Origin: Sphyrna mokarran
Lineage: Eukaryota
Reading direction: 5' to 3'
Assembly (NCBI GenBank): GCA_024679065.1
Contig: JAGIQG010000001.1
Coordinates: 156,488,001-156,552,000, forward strand
Length of the DNA stretch: 64,000 nt
The notes below the pieces were generated by a model, which had not been told where the DNA came from, searched no databases, and saw only the letters and a list, made by a program, of their open reading frames with translations. The position numbers and the translations under genes were made by a program. Position 1 is the first letter of the stretch; every line of letters begins with the position of its first letter. Shown one piece after another: positions 24,429-37,244 of the stretch.

Positions 24429-27400
24429 GTAAGTGCGGCCCCAGTGTCTTTTCTATCATGAGCCCCAGTCTGTTGTGTGTGAGTGAGTGTGTGTTTATGG
24501 AGGGAGTGGGCGATGCGTGGCATCTCGCATCGCCTCACACAAAACATACCAAAGCAGAGCTACCTTCCCTCGCCCCCCCCCCCCCCCCATTCCCGGCTTC
24601 CCTTCTTCTAGTGTTTAATTCACGCTCTTCTCTGCTGTGCTGTGAGGTTTTCTCAGTCATTCACGCAAGTGTTAATGTGTCTGAGTGAATGGGCATGTCA
24701 GCACAGCATGCTGATGTGAGTATTGGATTAAGAATAACGTGTAGTTAACTCAGCGGCTCTCGAATTTCACCCGTGGTGTGTATTTCATGCACATTTACGG
24801 TTGAGTCACGGACTTACAAAGAATTGTGTGATGCACTGTTGAGCGAGATGGAGGAAGTGGCGTGTTGTTATTTACTGCTGGTCGCGTCGCGCCGAATCCT
24901 GTTTCTTTGTGACATAGACTGAGTACAAGCTGCCCTGGAGGAAGCCATTCTCAATCTAATTTTCCCTCCCTCTTTTTAGTTTGGTTGGTTTCCTGGGTTG
25001 CTTTTATCCAACCCGACGTCCACTGTTCATTATGGAAAACACGTTTGGCACCAGTAGCCGCTCAATGGGCCTCTTTATTTTTCCTCTCTCTCTGCCCTTA
25101 ATGAATATGCAATGTTAAATGAGTCTTCCAGGACTCGCATTTGTCTCCATCATTCCCCCGCTTGTTGTTCGGACGTGATGGAATTTGGAAAGAACTGATA
25201 GCGGCGGGGTCAGCGAATTGAAAAGGACACAAAGCAGTGGTCTCTGCCAGATGTCTCACACCAGCTTTTACTAGCTGGGAGAGGGGGGAGGATTAACTGG
25301 TTTCGCGTGCCTCTGCTTCATAAACTTCTCAACCCCCTTATGATCTGCAATTTTCCACCAACCCTGCGGATTGAATCTTTCGGGAAAAAATAATTACAGG
25401 AGATCACTACTGTATTTAATGCATCTCCACTGTCTAGTGGCCTTTCTGCCACAAGCTGTTATACAGGTGCCCTTTGCACATGTTTTAGAACGGTGTAAGT
25501 GGCTCAGGTCAGGATTTGATAACAGCGTCGGATTTGGTCCACAAGTCCTTTTTGTTAAAAAATAAGCTCCAGCTCTGTACCTCACCCTTTGCTGCGGCTT
25601 TCGAAACGGGAGAGTGTTTTTTTTAAATACACTCACATCACAGAAGATGGCAGCAATGCAAAACTTATCAGACTCTGCAGGGCTCCCTTTTTGCATTACA
25701 TTTTCAGAAGTGGAAATTATTGCTCAGGGTAACAAACTAGATAGGATATCTTTTCAGCCAGTTATTGGAAATAACAGTCCGACCTGCAGCGACGAGTATA
25801 ATGCCACTCAATTCGGTCAGTGAAGCACATGCTTGTGTTTCCCATTGACTGGTCAAATCTTGAATTGCTGCCAGTAAATCCGTGTCACTTACCAAGTAAC
25901 TCTGGAATTCGGATCAAAAAAGATTGCTTGTAACCAGATTCAGAAACTAATGAATTGTTTCATTTCACCACGAGGCAGTATAGGATCGTGCATAGAAATC
26001 TTGTAATAATTCCAAGTCTGCGTTTGTTTAAACTCTTACTTGCAAATGTTTAAATGCGTTATATTCCGTGCAGTGTTGAACAACTAGAGTAGAATTGCAA
26101 TACCATCCCCTTAAGCCGGGTAACCACCATAAGTGATGGCGGGGATTGCATTTGTCCCAGTGTATGCGGTTCTATTTAGCGAGTTTGTCTGCAAAAGTGC
26201 ATTGGCCCATTTCATTTAACTGTTGTACAATATCTTCCCTTGTATGTTAAAATGATCTGTTATTTTGAAACCAGTTCTCCATGCAATGCAATGCTATTGC
26301 TTGGAATGATTCTTCCTGTTGGCGATGGTGCATTTGTGTGATGGGATTTAAAAGAATTCACTTCAACAAATAGTATTTAACGAGTCTTGTCCCTCAGTGC
26401 GATTGATTTCTAGTTCAGTTCCCGGGGAGCGTCTCACAAACACAAAAAAAATGAGGACAGCTATCCGAGTTCGTTTTTGTGTGTTTGTTTCCGTGGATAT
26501 TAGCGCTAAACCTTCAATGAATGACAACAACCGTTAGTTTTAGCATGAAAGAGACCAATGCCCCAAGCAAAAGCTGGGGAATTAGCAGGCTTTGTGAAGA
26601 AAGTGGGCTTTAAAAATGAGAGGGGCTCTTAGAAAGAGAAAAAGGAGGTTGGGAGGCAGAGGGGCTAAAAGGCAGAATTCCAGAGAATTGGAACCTGTAG
26701 CAGAAGATTCAAGCGCCAATGTGGGGCAGGGGATAAGGGTTGCTTCAGGGGACAAGATACCATAATAGGCCTGAGTTGCATCATTACTCACAATTCAAAT
26801 ATACCAGAAGCTAGTCTGTGCGATAATAGGGGACTATTCAACTTCCAAAGTGAAAGATGATTAAATCAGAAGACTAAGTCAAATGAATTTGGTATGTTTA
26901 CCCTGAGCTCACAATAAAAATGAGCCTGCAGTTCCCTGGAATTATCTTATAATTAAAGCATTATTTACAGAGCCCTTCAAATGGTTCAGGTCAGGAAAGG
27001 GAAGGTCAGGGAGTGTATCATCTGAGTCTGGGATACATTCCTGGAATAATTGCCATGTACATGGTATTGACAGTATGTGATAACATGCAAAAGGGAAATT
27101 CCCCAAGAATAACTTCAGGGCAAGCAAAGCGCTTCCAATAATCCAACACAAATTTTTGGCCAATCACCTCCCGAGTAATGCGGCTTTGTGTCTTGTAGCT
27201 CAGAGATCATTGCCTGTTTTAAAAAGGAGGTACTAAGATTTTTCAACCTGGTTTAATCATGACCCAAGCAGTGATTGGCAAACATAGTAAAGGAATGCAT
27301 TGAAATCCTTTTATCCCCATTGGTCCACAGACTTCAACCACAGTGAGGGGAGAAAGGCGCAAAATTGGACCAAGTGTCCTTGGTACTGATTGGAAAGTTA

Positions 27401-27434
27401 CACTTGGGAAATCCCTGTCTATCCATCCAAATCC

Positions 27435-27590
27435 GAGAGACGTGCTGGTTAGGCGCATTGATCATGCTAAATTCTTCCTCAGTCCACTGGAACAGGTGCC
27501 AGAATGTGGTGACGAGGAAATTTTCACAGCAAGTTTATTGTAGTGTTAATGTAAGCCTATTTGTGACTAGTAAATAAAGCTAAAAAAACT
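27435..27590 (+). mobile_element. SINE 3' half, tail type B
   Basis: gacgtgctggttagg..catgctaaattc..gtgttaatgtaagcctatttgtgactagtaaataaa. Confidence 0.75.
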
Positions 27591-27992
27591 TAATTTAAAT
27601 GCCCAAAATGTCCTAGATCTTGTAGAACTGAAAGGGGGGGGGGTGTTGGTTAAAATGGTTCATGCCCCTCAAAATAATGTCTTGGAATATTATCAGAATC
27701 AACAAAAACCTTGGAAAAACATTGGACGAACTGTTACCATATATTCTTGTCAATAACGAACATATGCAAGCAGTATGACTTCCCAAGATTTGCATTCTTT
27801 GTTGAAATTCAAGAAAAGCTAGTTTAAGGAGCTGTATTTCAGTGAGTGAAGGAATATAGTACTGGTAGATTGCATTTGGCATCAAAAAAACTCAGTGTTT
27901 CCTGTGTCTCTCATATAAGTCATTAAAAGCATTTAAAAATGTTCACTTAAAATGGAAGATAAAGTGAATCATGTATTTTCAAATAACACATA

Positions 27993-28145
27993 ATAAAAGC
28001 AAAATGCTGCGGGTGATGGAATCTGAAACAAAAAAAACTCAACAGGTCTGACAGCATCAATGGGGAAAGAATAGAGACAGCATTTGGAGTCTAGATGACC
28101 CTTCCTCAGAGTCAGCTGGCTCGATTCTCTCCCCACAGATGATGT
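27993..28145. mobile_element. Penelope-like fold-back element, partial
   Basis: aaaagcaaaatgctgcgg..ggtctgacagcatc..gagtctagatgacccttcctcagag..ctctccccacagatg. Confidence 0.65.
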
Positions 28146-30782
28146 GTGCACTTGTAATAGTCTCATTCCCTCAGTGTTACCTTAGTTCTTACATTATTGC
28201 TTCAGAGAAATGCAGAAATTCTTGGAGATAGGGGCATTTGATGGAGTGTGGAATATAATGGGAGAAAAAGGTCTCAGAAGCTTTATATTCCTGGGGGAAG
28301 AAAGATTGAGAACATGTTTTACCCTCCAGATGTGAGCCATCTCTGTGCATTTTCACTAACATATTTTTGTGGGTTTATAAAGGTAATAATTGAAAGCATT
28401 GTTGCGTTCTCCCAAAGCATTTATAAATCGACTAAAGGACTATCCTGTTCAAGGAGAAGGCAGACATAGATTGAAATTGAAGCCAGGAACTTAAAAGGAA
28501 TGTTAACTCAACAACAACAAAAAAGAAACACCACCAGGATAGAAGTCTTAAGGGATAAGAAGAATCATGTCAGCTTTGACCTGAAATTAGGGGAAGGGGT
28601 GCACGCCTGACAAGGTGAATGTTCTGACTTCAACTGGTATGTATACTAGGAAGAATTGCTTTAAGATGGAGCAATGAATGTTTAACCAGGAAAGACACCC
28701 TGTCAAAATTAGGGAACTGGTCGTGGGTGATTGTGACAACAATGACGAAGTGGACATAGCCGACAGACTCCCCCTCCCTCCCCCCCAACATACACACTCA
28801 CATACACCCACCTCCCTCATTCAAAACTGCCTAGAGACATCCTCACAAGCCTTATCAAATGCTCATGACTCGGTAGCACAGACCACCCCGCCCCCCCCGC
28901 ACCTAGGACTTGAGCCCCGCTGCGATTAGGTTTCAGAACATATAGATCTTAAAACAAGTGTTTGTCTAATTTAACAAAGAGTGGCCATTTGTCAGCCTCA
29001 CACAAAGAGACTGAGCCCCAGCGAGCGGGCTCCTGCAGCGAGTTGGAACACTTAAGTAGCAAATGTCATCCCTAGCTCGTGTTTTATGTATCAAGCCGAC
29101 GATGAAATGCATTATACTGTCCGAGCCGCCTGTGAAATAAAACCGGAATCATAACGGCTAAGCCATGCCCCCAAGGCGTAGCGACCAAGACCCCCCTACG
29201 CGTCCTTCTTTTTGAATGTGGGTCCAGGAAGAAAGCCTCGGTGTGCTGGTGATCCGGTTTCAGTTCACGTCCGCAGTCTGTAACACCTCACTGATCAGTA
29301 ATTTGCTTTCAGATTTCTGCAGAGCAATTACTGATGTAGGACTGTGATCGAAGCCTTGTATTTGCATCGCGCCAGTTTCTTTAATTTAACGTATAGATAT
29401 TAAAAAAAAGTAATTTCGAAGTGAGATGAAATGCGGTGATAACAGCCTCCTTTTCCTCCCTCGCCGCGCTATTTAACTCACACTCTGGATAACGTAATGT
29501 GGCGCAAAGCCCATCAGATAAAATAAAGAGCGGCGGATGACCGAATTACCGCTCCAAGTGCTAGTTTGTTTCAACTTAAGGATCTCAAGAATGGCTTGTA
29601 TTGCCATTGATTCCAACCCTCCCCCCCCCCTCCTCACCAGCCCACCCTTTGAACAACCGCGGGCTGCGTTGGCAAAACATTTTTTTCTCTCTAAAGAGTT
29701 AACCATCAGCTGGGTTAGATTTGCGAGTTGTGCATGTCGATGTGTGTAGTTGCTATCAGTTGCTTTATTCGTGTGGTGGCTCCCGCCGTATGCCAAACAG
29801 TCAGGACAATCTCTCGGGTCGCGCCGAAGCGAATGCTGTGCGGGGTTTGGTCTATGTTCCTCTGTGATTTGCAGAAGCTGCAAAGGGGCGCTGCCTGGTT
29901 AAGCATGCCCGGTGCAACCCTGCCTCTCGCTTAATGTGTGTTAATATGAGCTCCCCAGTTTGCCTCGCCGGCGCTACCTGTAAAGCCTGTGTCGGCAGAG
30001 CCGGTGGAAAACACACCGGGCTCCTACTGCATATGTAAGAAAACACTTTCGTATTTACATAGACCAGCGCTGCCAATAGAACATGCAGTAACAAGCACAC
30101 GTCAATAGCAGCTGCCTCCGTGTCAAGCAGAACCGAGAAGTGTTTCTCCACACGGACTAAATCAATTAACCACACTGATCCCCCAGAATGAGCAATGGTT
30201 CAAATTGTCCTGGTTCTGGTACTGATTGTAATAGCGGCCGCTAATAATAATAATCAGATCTCACGTTAAAATGGTCAGCTGCCGAGATTTGATGTTTTTA
30301 ATGTTTGGCTTTTGCCGAGGACATAGGATGGACCGAATGCCTGAAGTGAAGAGAGAGTCATCCAGTGATGTCAGGTATTTGCCTCAAGAACCCCAGAGGA
30401 CAAGTAAACCTTAACCACTTGTGGTTTATTTTTCTTTCCATAAACCATCTAATCCCATCTGCACCGCGTGTTGACTTGACTCCAGGAGTTTATTTAAGTT
30501 TTTCTTAAAGACATAATGCTTTACTCTGTGGGGACCACCCGTCGAAGAGAACAGTTGCCCTGTTCCGTGACACAGAATTTTGCTGTGACACATTCATAGA
30601 ATATAGTGACTTTAATATGCTGGCAGGTGATGATAACGCAGACTAGCAAACAGAGTGTTTCATAACAGTAATTTACAAGAAATAGATCTTATTGAAAGTA
30701 ATAATTCCGCACAAGGAGGTTGATGTATGAAATTTTCTTCTGTGCACCATTTGAGAAAACTAATTATCAATAATCGTTACAA

Positions 30783-31205
30783 ATAGAAACATAGAAACCA
30801 GAAGCAGGGGTAGGCCATTCGGCCCTTCAAGGCTTTTCCTCCATTCATTTTGATCATGGCTGATCATCGAATTCGATATCCTGATCCCCCACTCCTTCTA
30901 TGTGACTTGATCCCTTTAGCCCTAAAGTAATATTTAATATATCGGCCAAAGTTGTTGTGCCTTCTGGAGTTTTAGTTCTTCACATTTTGCTATTCCTCTT
31001 CAAGCTCTCAGATGTGGTGATTGTGATGTATTATGCACCTAGAGTGATTGGTAGTTGTATGTTTAGGGGATTCACTGCAGGATTCAATCTGTATTCCACA
31101 CTATTCTTCACCCTGGGTGAAGAAATTTCTTCTCACCTTAGTTCTAGAAGGCTTACCCCTTATCTTCAAACTATGACCCCTAGTTCTGAAACGAGGACCC
31201 CCAAT
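30783..31205 (-). mobile_element. CR1 LINE 3' end
   Basis: atagaaacatagaaaccagaagcaggggtaggccattcggccc; collinear with the 12172 copy. Confidence 0.75.
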
Positions 31206-34200
31206 TCTGGATCTGTGATCTGAAGTAAAATAATCTCAAAGATTTGGCTCACTTCCTTCGAAACACAATAGTCATATCTGAAGTGCTTTCATAATATTAA
31301 TATATGAAACCATTGTAATTTCAATTGATTTTCAAAGATCCATGTTTTGTTGGCTGGATGTAGATTTATATGCCTATTTATTTCTCATTAAAGCACTGTA
31401 CCTTATTTCTTTGCTTGAATACACATCTCTTAAATAAAAGCAGGCCTCCAATCATTTTAATAGCCAGGGGAGTTTAATAACAACAAAACCAGGTTTGGCA
31501 TAATAATTTCAGTACCAACATTACCATTGCAATTTGAATCCCTTGCTGCTTTGTTCCTGTCTTCACTCTTTTCGATCATAAGTTTTCCTGCTTTCATTGT
31601 TTTTTATTCTCCTGCAATGGAAGCACTCAGTTACATATGGGTCAGCTTAGTGAACAAGTATGCTTTGAATACAAGCAAGCTGCTCGAGTGGCAGTGTACA
31701 GTGAGTCCTGTCTGCTCGTTGAGACAAATTGCGCCACAATCTCATTCATTACTGCTAAATTGATAAGATCATACCAGTCCATTCCATGTAGCTAAATAAT
31801 GCCCTAATCGGCCATCCATCTTGTTGAGATAATGATGCCATCCTGTATCTCCTTTCAAATTTGATTGGCGCACTGATTGCATTACAAAACAAAAACTTTT
31901 CTTTGTAAAGGCATATTTCAACAATACTAAATAAGAGAGGGGAATACTTTTAAAAGAAAATCATAATTTTGGTTGCTCAGAATTTTGTCAAACTAATTTA
32001 ACATTACATTAATCTAACAGGTGACTAAATTACGTGCATGCATGTGAGATAATGGAAGTTATGAGTTTTTGTTAAAGAATGATCCAAGGGATAAGTCCAG
32101 TGTAATAGCACCTCTCAGTATTTCCCTTCAAGCTTTGGGTTTATTTGGATTTTGAATGTATGGTGTTCAAGCGTTATTGTGAAACTCAAGATAAACCCAA
32201 CATATATTGTTATTTTAAATCACATTCCTTGGATCAAACAGGATTGATGGCACCAAACACTTGCCAGAAACCAAATGGAAACACTATTTTCAGGATGGAT
32301 TCTATGGTTCTCTTGTTACATTTTTAGGCACCAAATGTGGAGCACACTAGGATTCATTGGCCTACCATTAGATTTCCACCTGCCAGGTACTTTACATACT
32401 TTTTGTCATAAATAAGGAGCAGTCATTGAGTTGCCATCCACTTCTACTGAATTAAAATTCGTAGTGGGATATGCAGGGAGGCTGAGTACATAGTCAGAGG
32501 GAATGCTTTTCCTCTGTACATGTGCAGTGACAGTTGACCAGCAAGGCAAAATGGTTCAAGTTTAGGCAAAGTTATGATATCATTGAAGTAATCTGCAGAA
32601 TGTTTTTAATTGGGTCATTTTAGGTAAATATTTCTCCAAGAGCAGAATTATTCTCTGACAGTCTCCTGGAGTTGAACAGTTATTCATACATCAATGACTT
32701 TGATACTTTAAATGCTCAAAAAAATTTTCCTGATGTAAGTATTGTGGAGTTGGCATCACTTGTTACAGATCTTGCAAAAGAAATCTGTTTAATATACTCT
32801 GGATGATGAATTCTGTGTAAAACACTTAACCCTGTGATTATATTTTATGAAATACAGTACTCGCCAAGCTACACAGTATCACTTTCAGCCCTTTCCTTGC
32901 AGTGGAGACTCCAGCTATTTCCCTAGCCAATTCCCCTCCTGTCAGACAGATATTTGACCCTCATCTCCTTGCTTGATAAACAACTTATAAGTCACACGAA
33001 AAGTGTAAGATTTATCATTGAGAGGGCACAGCCCAGTAACAAAAACTGTTAGATCTGTGCAGAATTACCTGCTGTCATCTCTTTTTTTTGCCTTGTGCTC
33101 ATCAGCCATATGGTGGCCAGGCTCAGTTTCATGGCTTAATTTCTGCAACAATGCTTTTTTTCTCAGTGCATCACACTTTCTTTTTTGGGTGATACGACCG
33201 TGAGATCTGAAACAAGTTTGTAAATGGGCAAGTATTCTACCTGTTTTCTGTAGGCGCGGACTTTAGTTTTTATTGTGGCTTGATAAATCACCTTGGTCGA
33301 AGTCCCAGAGGAGTAGAGAGGCATGTTGTAAATAGAGAGCAAGCTTTAATTACATGACTCTAGGCGCTTCAGTAGCACGAGCACTGGTAGGTTGGTGACA
33401 GGGCCATTTGAGCTGGTACGAAATTATATTACATACATCTGTTCATTTCCTACACTTGTACTGACTCGCAATTTGACAGACAAAGTGGATCAATTGTATG
33501 AACACCCGAGATGTGATCACGTTTGTTTTAAGGCAAGCTGTAGGTAGGTAATTGAATCTTCTTAGAAAATTACATTTCTGAAAATAGAGACACCCTGTTC
33601 AATTTTGATTTTTTTGGAACATTACTGAATGGCCAGTGCTGATAAGCAATGGCCAGACTACCTTTGAAGAAATACTGGCTTCATATTTTTAAACTTCAGA
33701 TATCTTTGCTGTAACATTGATTTCATTTTCCACTGGTGGTTGAAGTGCTTCAGGGCATCATACTGGTTCTCGGGCAGATATGACTTCATAATTGTGGCAA
33801 GTTCAGTTCTTCAGACCTGAAATACTGGAGATCTTTCCCTGTGTAGCTTCTGCCACCCATGCAAAATGTGTGGCATGGAATGGAAAATGGCAGAATAGAT
33901 GCACACCTGGATTTTTTTTTGCCTCCACACTTGTTTGCTGCTGTTTTGTAAATAGACAGTTCACATTGAACAACTTCCACTGATGAAGATTCCGGCATTT
34001 GCAATAAAAAAATACGCACAGAAGTATCTTAATCTGTTACTTAATCCTTATTTTACTATTGGCATAAAATTATTCTCCTCTGGTATCAAATGACTGAAAA
34101 GCATCAGAATATTTGTGTTGTCTTTCAGGCAATAGATAGAGAAATTCCTCTTGTAAATTCCCATCAAATTATGCCAACAGCTGGACATATTAAATCTAAA

Positions 34201-34249
34201 CATTCAAAAACAAATGAGAAATGTGCGAGAGTAATCACAAAAAACACAA

Positions 34250-34532
34250 TTCATAGAATCGTAGAATCCCTACAGTGCAGAAGGAGACCATTTGGCCCAT
34301 CACGTCTGCAGTGATTCTCTGATAAAACTTCCTCCCCAAGCCCAATCCCCCGCACTATCCCTCACATAGTGATTCCCCTAAACTTCCTAACCTGTATGTC
34401 TTTGGACTGTGGGAAGAATCCAGAGGAAATCCATGCAGACACAGGGAGAACATGCACATTTCACACAGACAGACCTAAGGCTGGATTTGAACACAGATCC
34501 TTGGAGCTGTGAAGCAGCAGTGCTAACCACTT
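34250..34532 (-). mobile_element. HE1/V-SINE-like SINE, tail type A
   Basis: tcatagaatcgtagaatccctacagtgcagaagg ... gctgtgaagcagcagtgctaaccact. Confidence 0.85.
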
Positions 34533-34747
34533 GATTGATAATCTACTCAATTGGCAGTAAACGTCAAGACTGACATTTTCTTGATACGTCAGTGTTCCAT
34601 TGTTATGCACAATGAGGTTTGACGTTAATGGACATTGATTAGTGAATTCCATTGTAATTTTAACATGTGAAGTTCTCCCACTAATAAGGTGCCCCCAGTT
34701 ATTTAAAATGTTCTTTCCATTTTTTTCCTGTCTTTCTCCCCTTGCAG

Positions 34748-34842
34748 GCCGTTCACCGAGGTGCATCCTCCTCCAGCTGGGGGAGAGCAGGACGGTCCAG
34801 GATGCAGACTTCTCCACGACTGCCGTCAATGCAGCTCTGTGA
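34748..34842 (+). CDS. Candidate alternative terminal or poison exon in pcdh10 intron 3 (G-RSPRCILLQLGESRTVQDADFSTTAVNAAL*)
   Basis: A ~35-nt polypyrimidine tract ends in TTGCAG (34746-34747). The frame continuing exon 3 (phase 1) stays open for 30 codons to TGA at 34840-34842. The segment is locally GC/CpG rich. There is no transcript evidence. Confidence 0.4.
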
Positions 34843-35469
34843 GCGGCTGGCAGGAGGTGCGATTTGAGCAGGGTGCGTTGGACAATGACACTTCTCTCTC
34901 TTTCCCCTCCCTCCATCTTCCCTCCCTGGGAATGGAACCCATTTGCCTCCACATAGCACTTCCTCTAGGGGTCTGGTCGAGAACTGATGAAGTTCAACCA
35001 ACTGAGGCAACTGATTTTGAGTGACAGGCAGCCCTGGGACTCGGACCTTTTGTATTTCTGGTTGGGACTGAAGCATGAGACTGCTTGAGCTGCCTCCATT
35101 GTCCTTGATATCTTGAAAGGACAGGATCACCCTACTTAAGGCGGAAGGTTGCTTACCATTTTACAGTGGAGATCTCTTAAGGTCAAATTTTATGTGGAAA
35201 AAGAAAATCTCAGTAGGACTTATTAACCTAAGTGTGAGATTGCAGGAGAAGCTTTGACGTGGCAATCCTATTGCCAGCATGTAAGATAAAACTCTTAACA
35301 TTGTCACCTTACAATTCAATTTGTAAACATAAGCATATCAAACAATATCATCAGTGAGATGGTGACATCATTTGCCACCAACTGCATCTTCATCCTTTTC
35401 ATCATTTTGTTCATCATCTTCTGAACTTTTCTCTCCCTGTTCATTGATCGACCTTTGCTGTAGTGTTAA

Positions 35470-35815
35470 ACAGATGCTGGCTGTCATCTGGTACCTCATT
35501 GCACAGGCAATTCCTTGTGTGAGCTTCAGTTGGAAATACTAGGGAACTATTGTAGCATGGGGAGCATCACAGCCGAGCTTGATCATGTCCTCATCCAAGG
35601 TCCACACAAATATACCTCACAACTATTGCAGGATAGCAATCGAATGCAGGTACCCTGGCTATTTAATTTTTAATTTTCTCAGCTCAGTTTTCCTGAGGAG
35701 AATTGGGCCACCTGTTTTGCTATTCTAGATGTGATCATCACACTGAGCATTGACCAGGAATCAATCCTGGTACCTACTTAGTCTGCGTGGTTCAGTCGCA
35801 CATCAGGCAGCAAAT
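35470..35815 (-). mobile_element. Old tRNA-headed SINE-like repeat (diverged + copy at ~41170-41440)
   Basis: tgtcctcatccaaggtccacac..ccctggcta..ttttctc.gctcag mirrors gggctaggaaag..ccagctagg..ggactttggatgagaacagg at ~41225-41335. Confidence 0.45.
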
Positions 35816-37244
35816 GTAGCAATTTTGTAACCAGGGAATCAACTTTATTGTCATTGAGTTTTTGGTTTCATCGAAGCAAACAATGTTTATGCTTAGGAAT
35901 GTTATATTTCAATATTAAGCATTTTGTCAGGCATTCCAAAATCAAGTTCAGTGTAATTAGATGCAAACTAAAATGTCCTCTATTTCGCATCAACAGTATA
36001 CTTTAGACGCAACTCTGAAAAGGCATTATGTTCCCATTGTCTGCATTTCTGTGAGTAAGCTTGCCAAGTTAGTGCAGTTTTCCTCTGTGGGCCTACGTCC
36101 AATTGGAACTGTTTGACACTGCTTGAAAAATAACTTTATACAGAGCGGCAGACAAGGGAGAGTTTCACCTTCTGAGTTTGGGCTGATTTTGAATCATGTT
36201 ATCAGAGGTTAATAATACTTTGCATCACTCCGAACTGGGGAAATTAATAGTTGTGCCAATAATGTCCAGATTGTTTTATCTCATGAGAGGCATTTTTGAA
36301 TGAATTGCTCCAAGGTTTACCAAGATCCCAATGGCAATAAAAAACAAGTCTTTGAATTATGAACTGAAGAAGTACCACCTTTGTTAAGGAGGAATCACAA
36401 TTAGTTACAGATGGATAATGAACAGTGTTAATTGTATTGCTAAATATACTTGAAACAACATAGGAATGAATTAACTCCTATTTTAATAGTATTCAAAATT
36501 TGGAGAATTTCTTGGGAGTATTAAAATAAAATGTTGGTGCTGTACTCGATGCTGTTAGTTCCTTTAGGAATTACAGTGCTGCATGGTATTTCCAGGGGTG
36601 TTGCAGACATCCAGTAGCAATTAAAGCTGTGATCATCAAACAGTGAATGTACTGAAAGCTCAATGTAAGAATCGCTCTTCAAATCTTTTAAGAATTGCAG
36701 CTGCTAGTGTGTGTGGAGTTAATGCTCAAGAATCTGAAACAGTTAAAGCAAAATGAAACCATAGGTCAATGCAAAACTTGCCAATCATACTAAAATGATC
36801 GACCTCTAACTTGAAAAGGTTACATCCTAGTATTGCTGTTTCATGAAAAGTAAGGGTTTTTTTTTATTTTGCCCAGCTGTAATCAATTGCTTTCTTCATT
36901 GTGGGTTTATGTAATTTCTACAACATTGTAACTAATGGTAAAATGTATCAAATTTGAATCAAAATCAAAATATTGTTGAATTTAGGCAGCTGGTAACTTG
37001 AGGGCAAATTCCACTTAATAGGAAGGTTACCAAATATGTACTCTGTTGGATTAAAGTTTGGTAAAGGAGCAAGTTTGGTCAAGGACTTCCAATACGAAGT
37101 ATCTGAAAGGGACGGTGGAGATTTGGTTGAATCTATAACATGTCACTGATGTCATGTTATGTCTGTGCACAGTTCCTTTAATGTTTTAAATTTCAATGTT
37201 TGCATTTATAATGGAAATCACCTCTGTAAACTTTTTATCATGTG

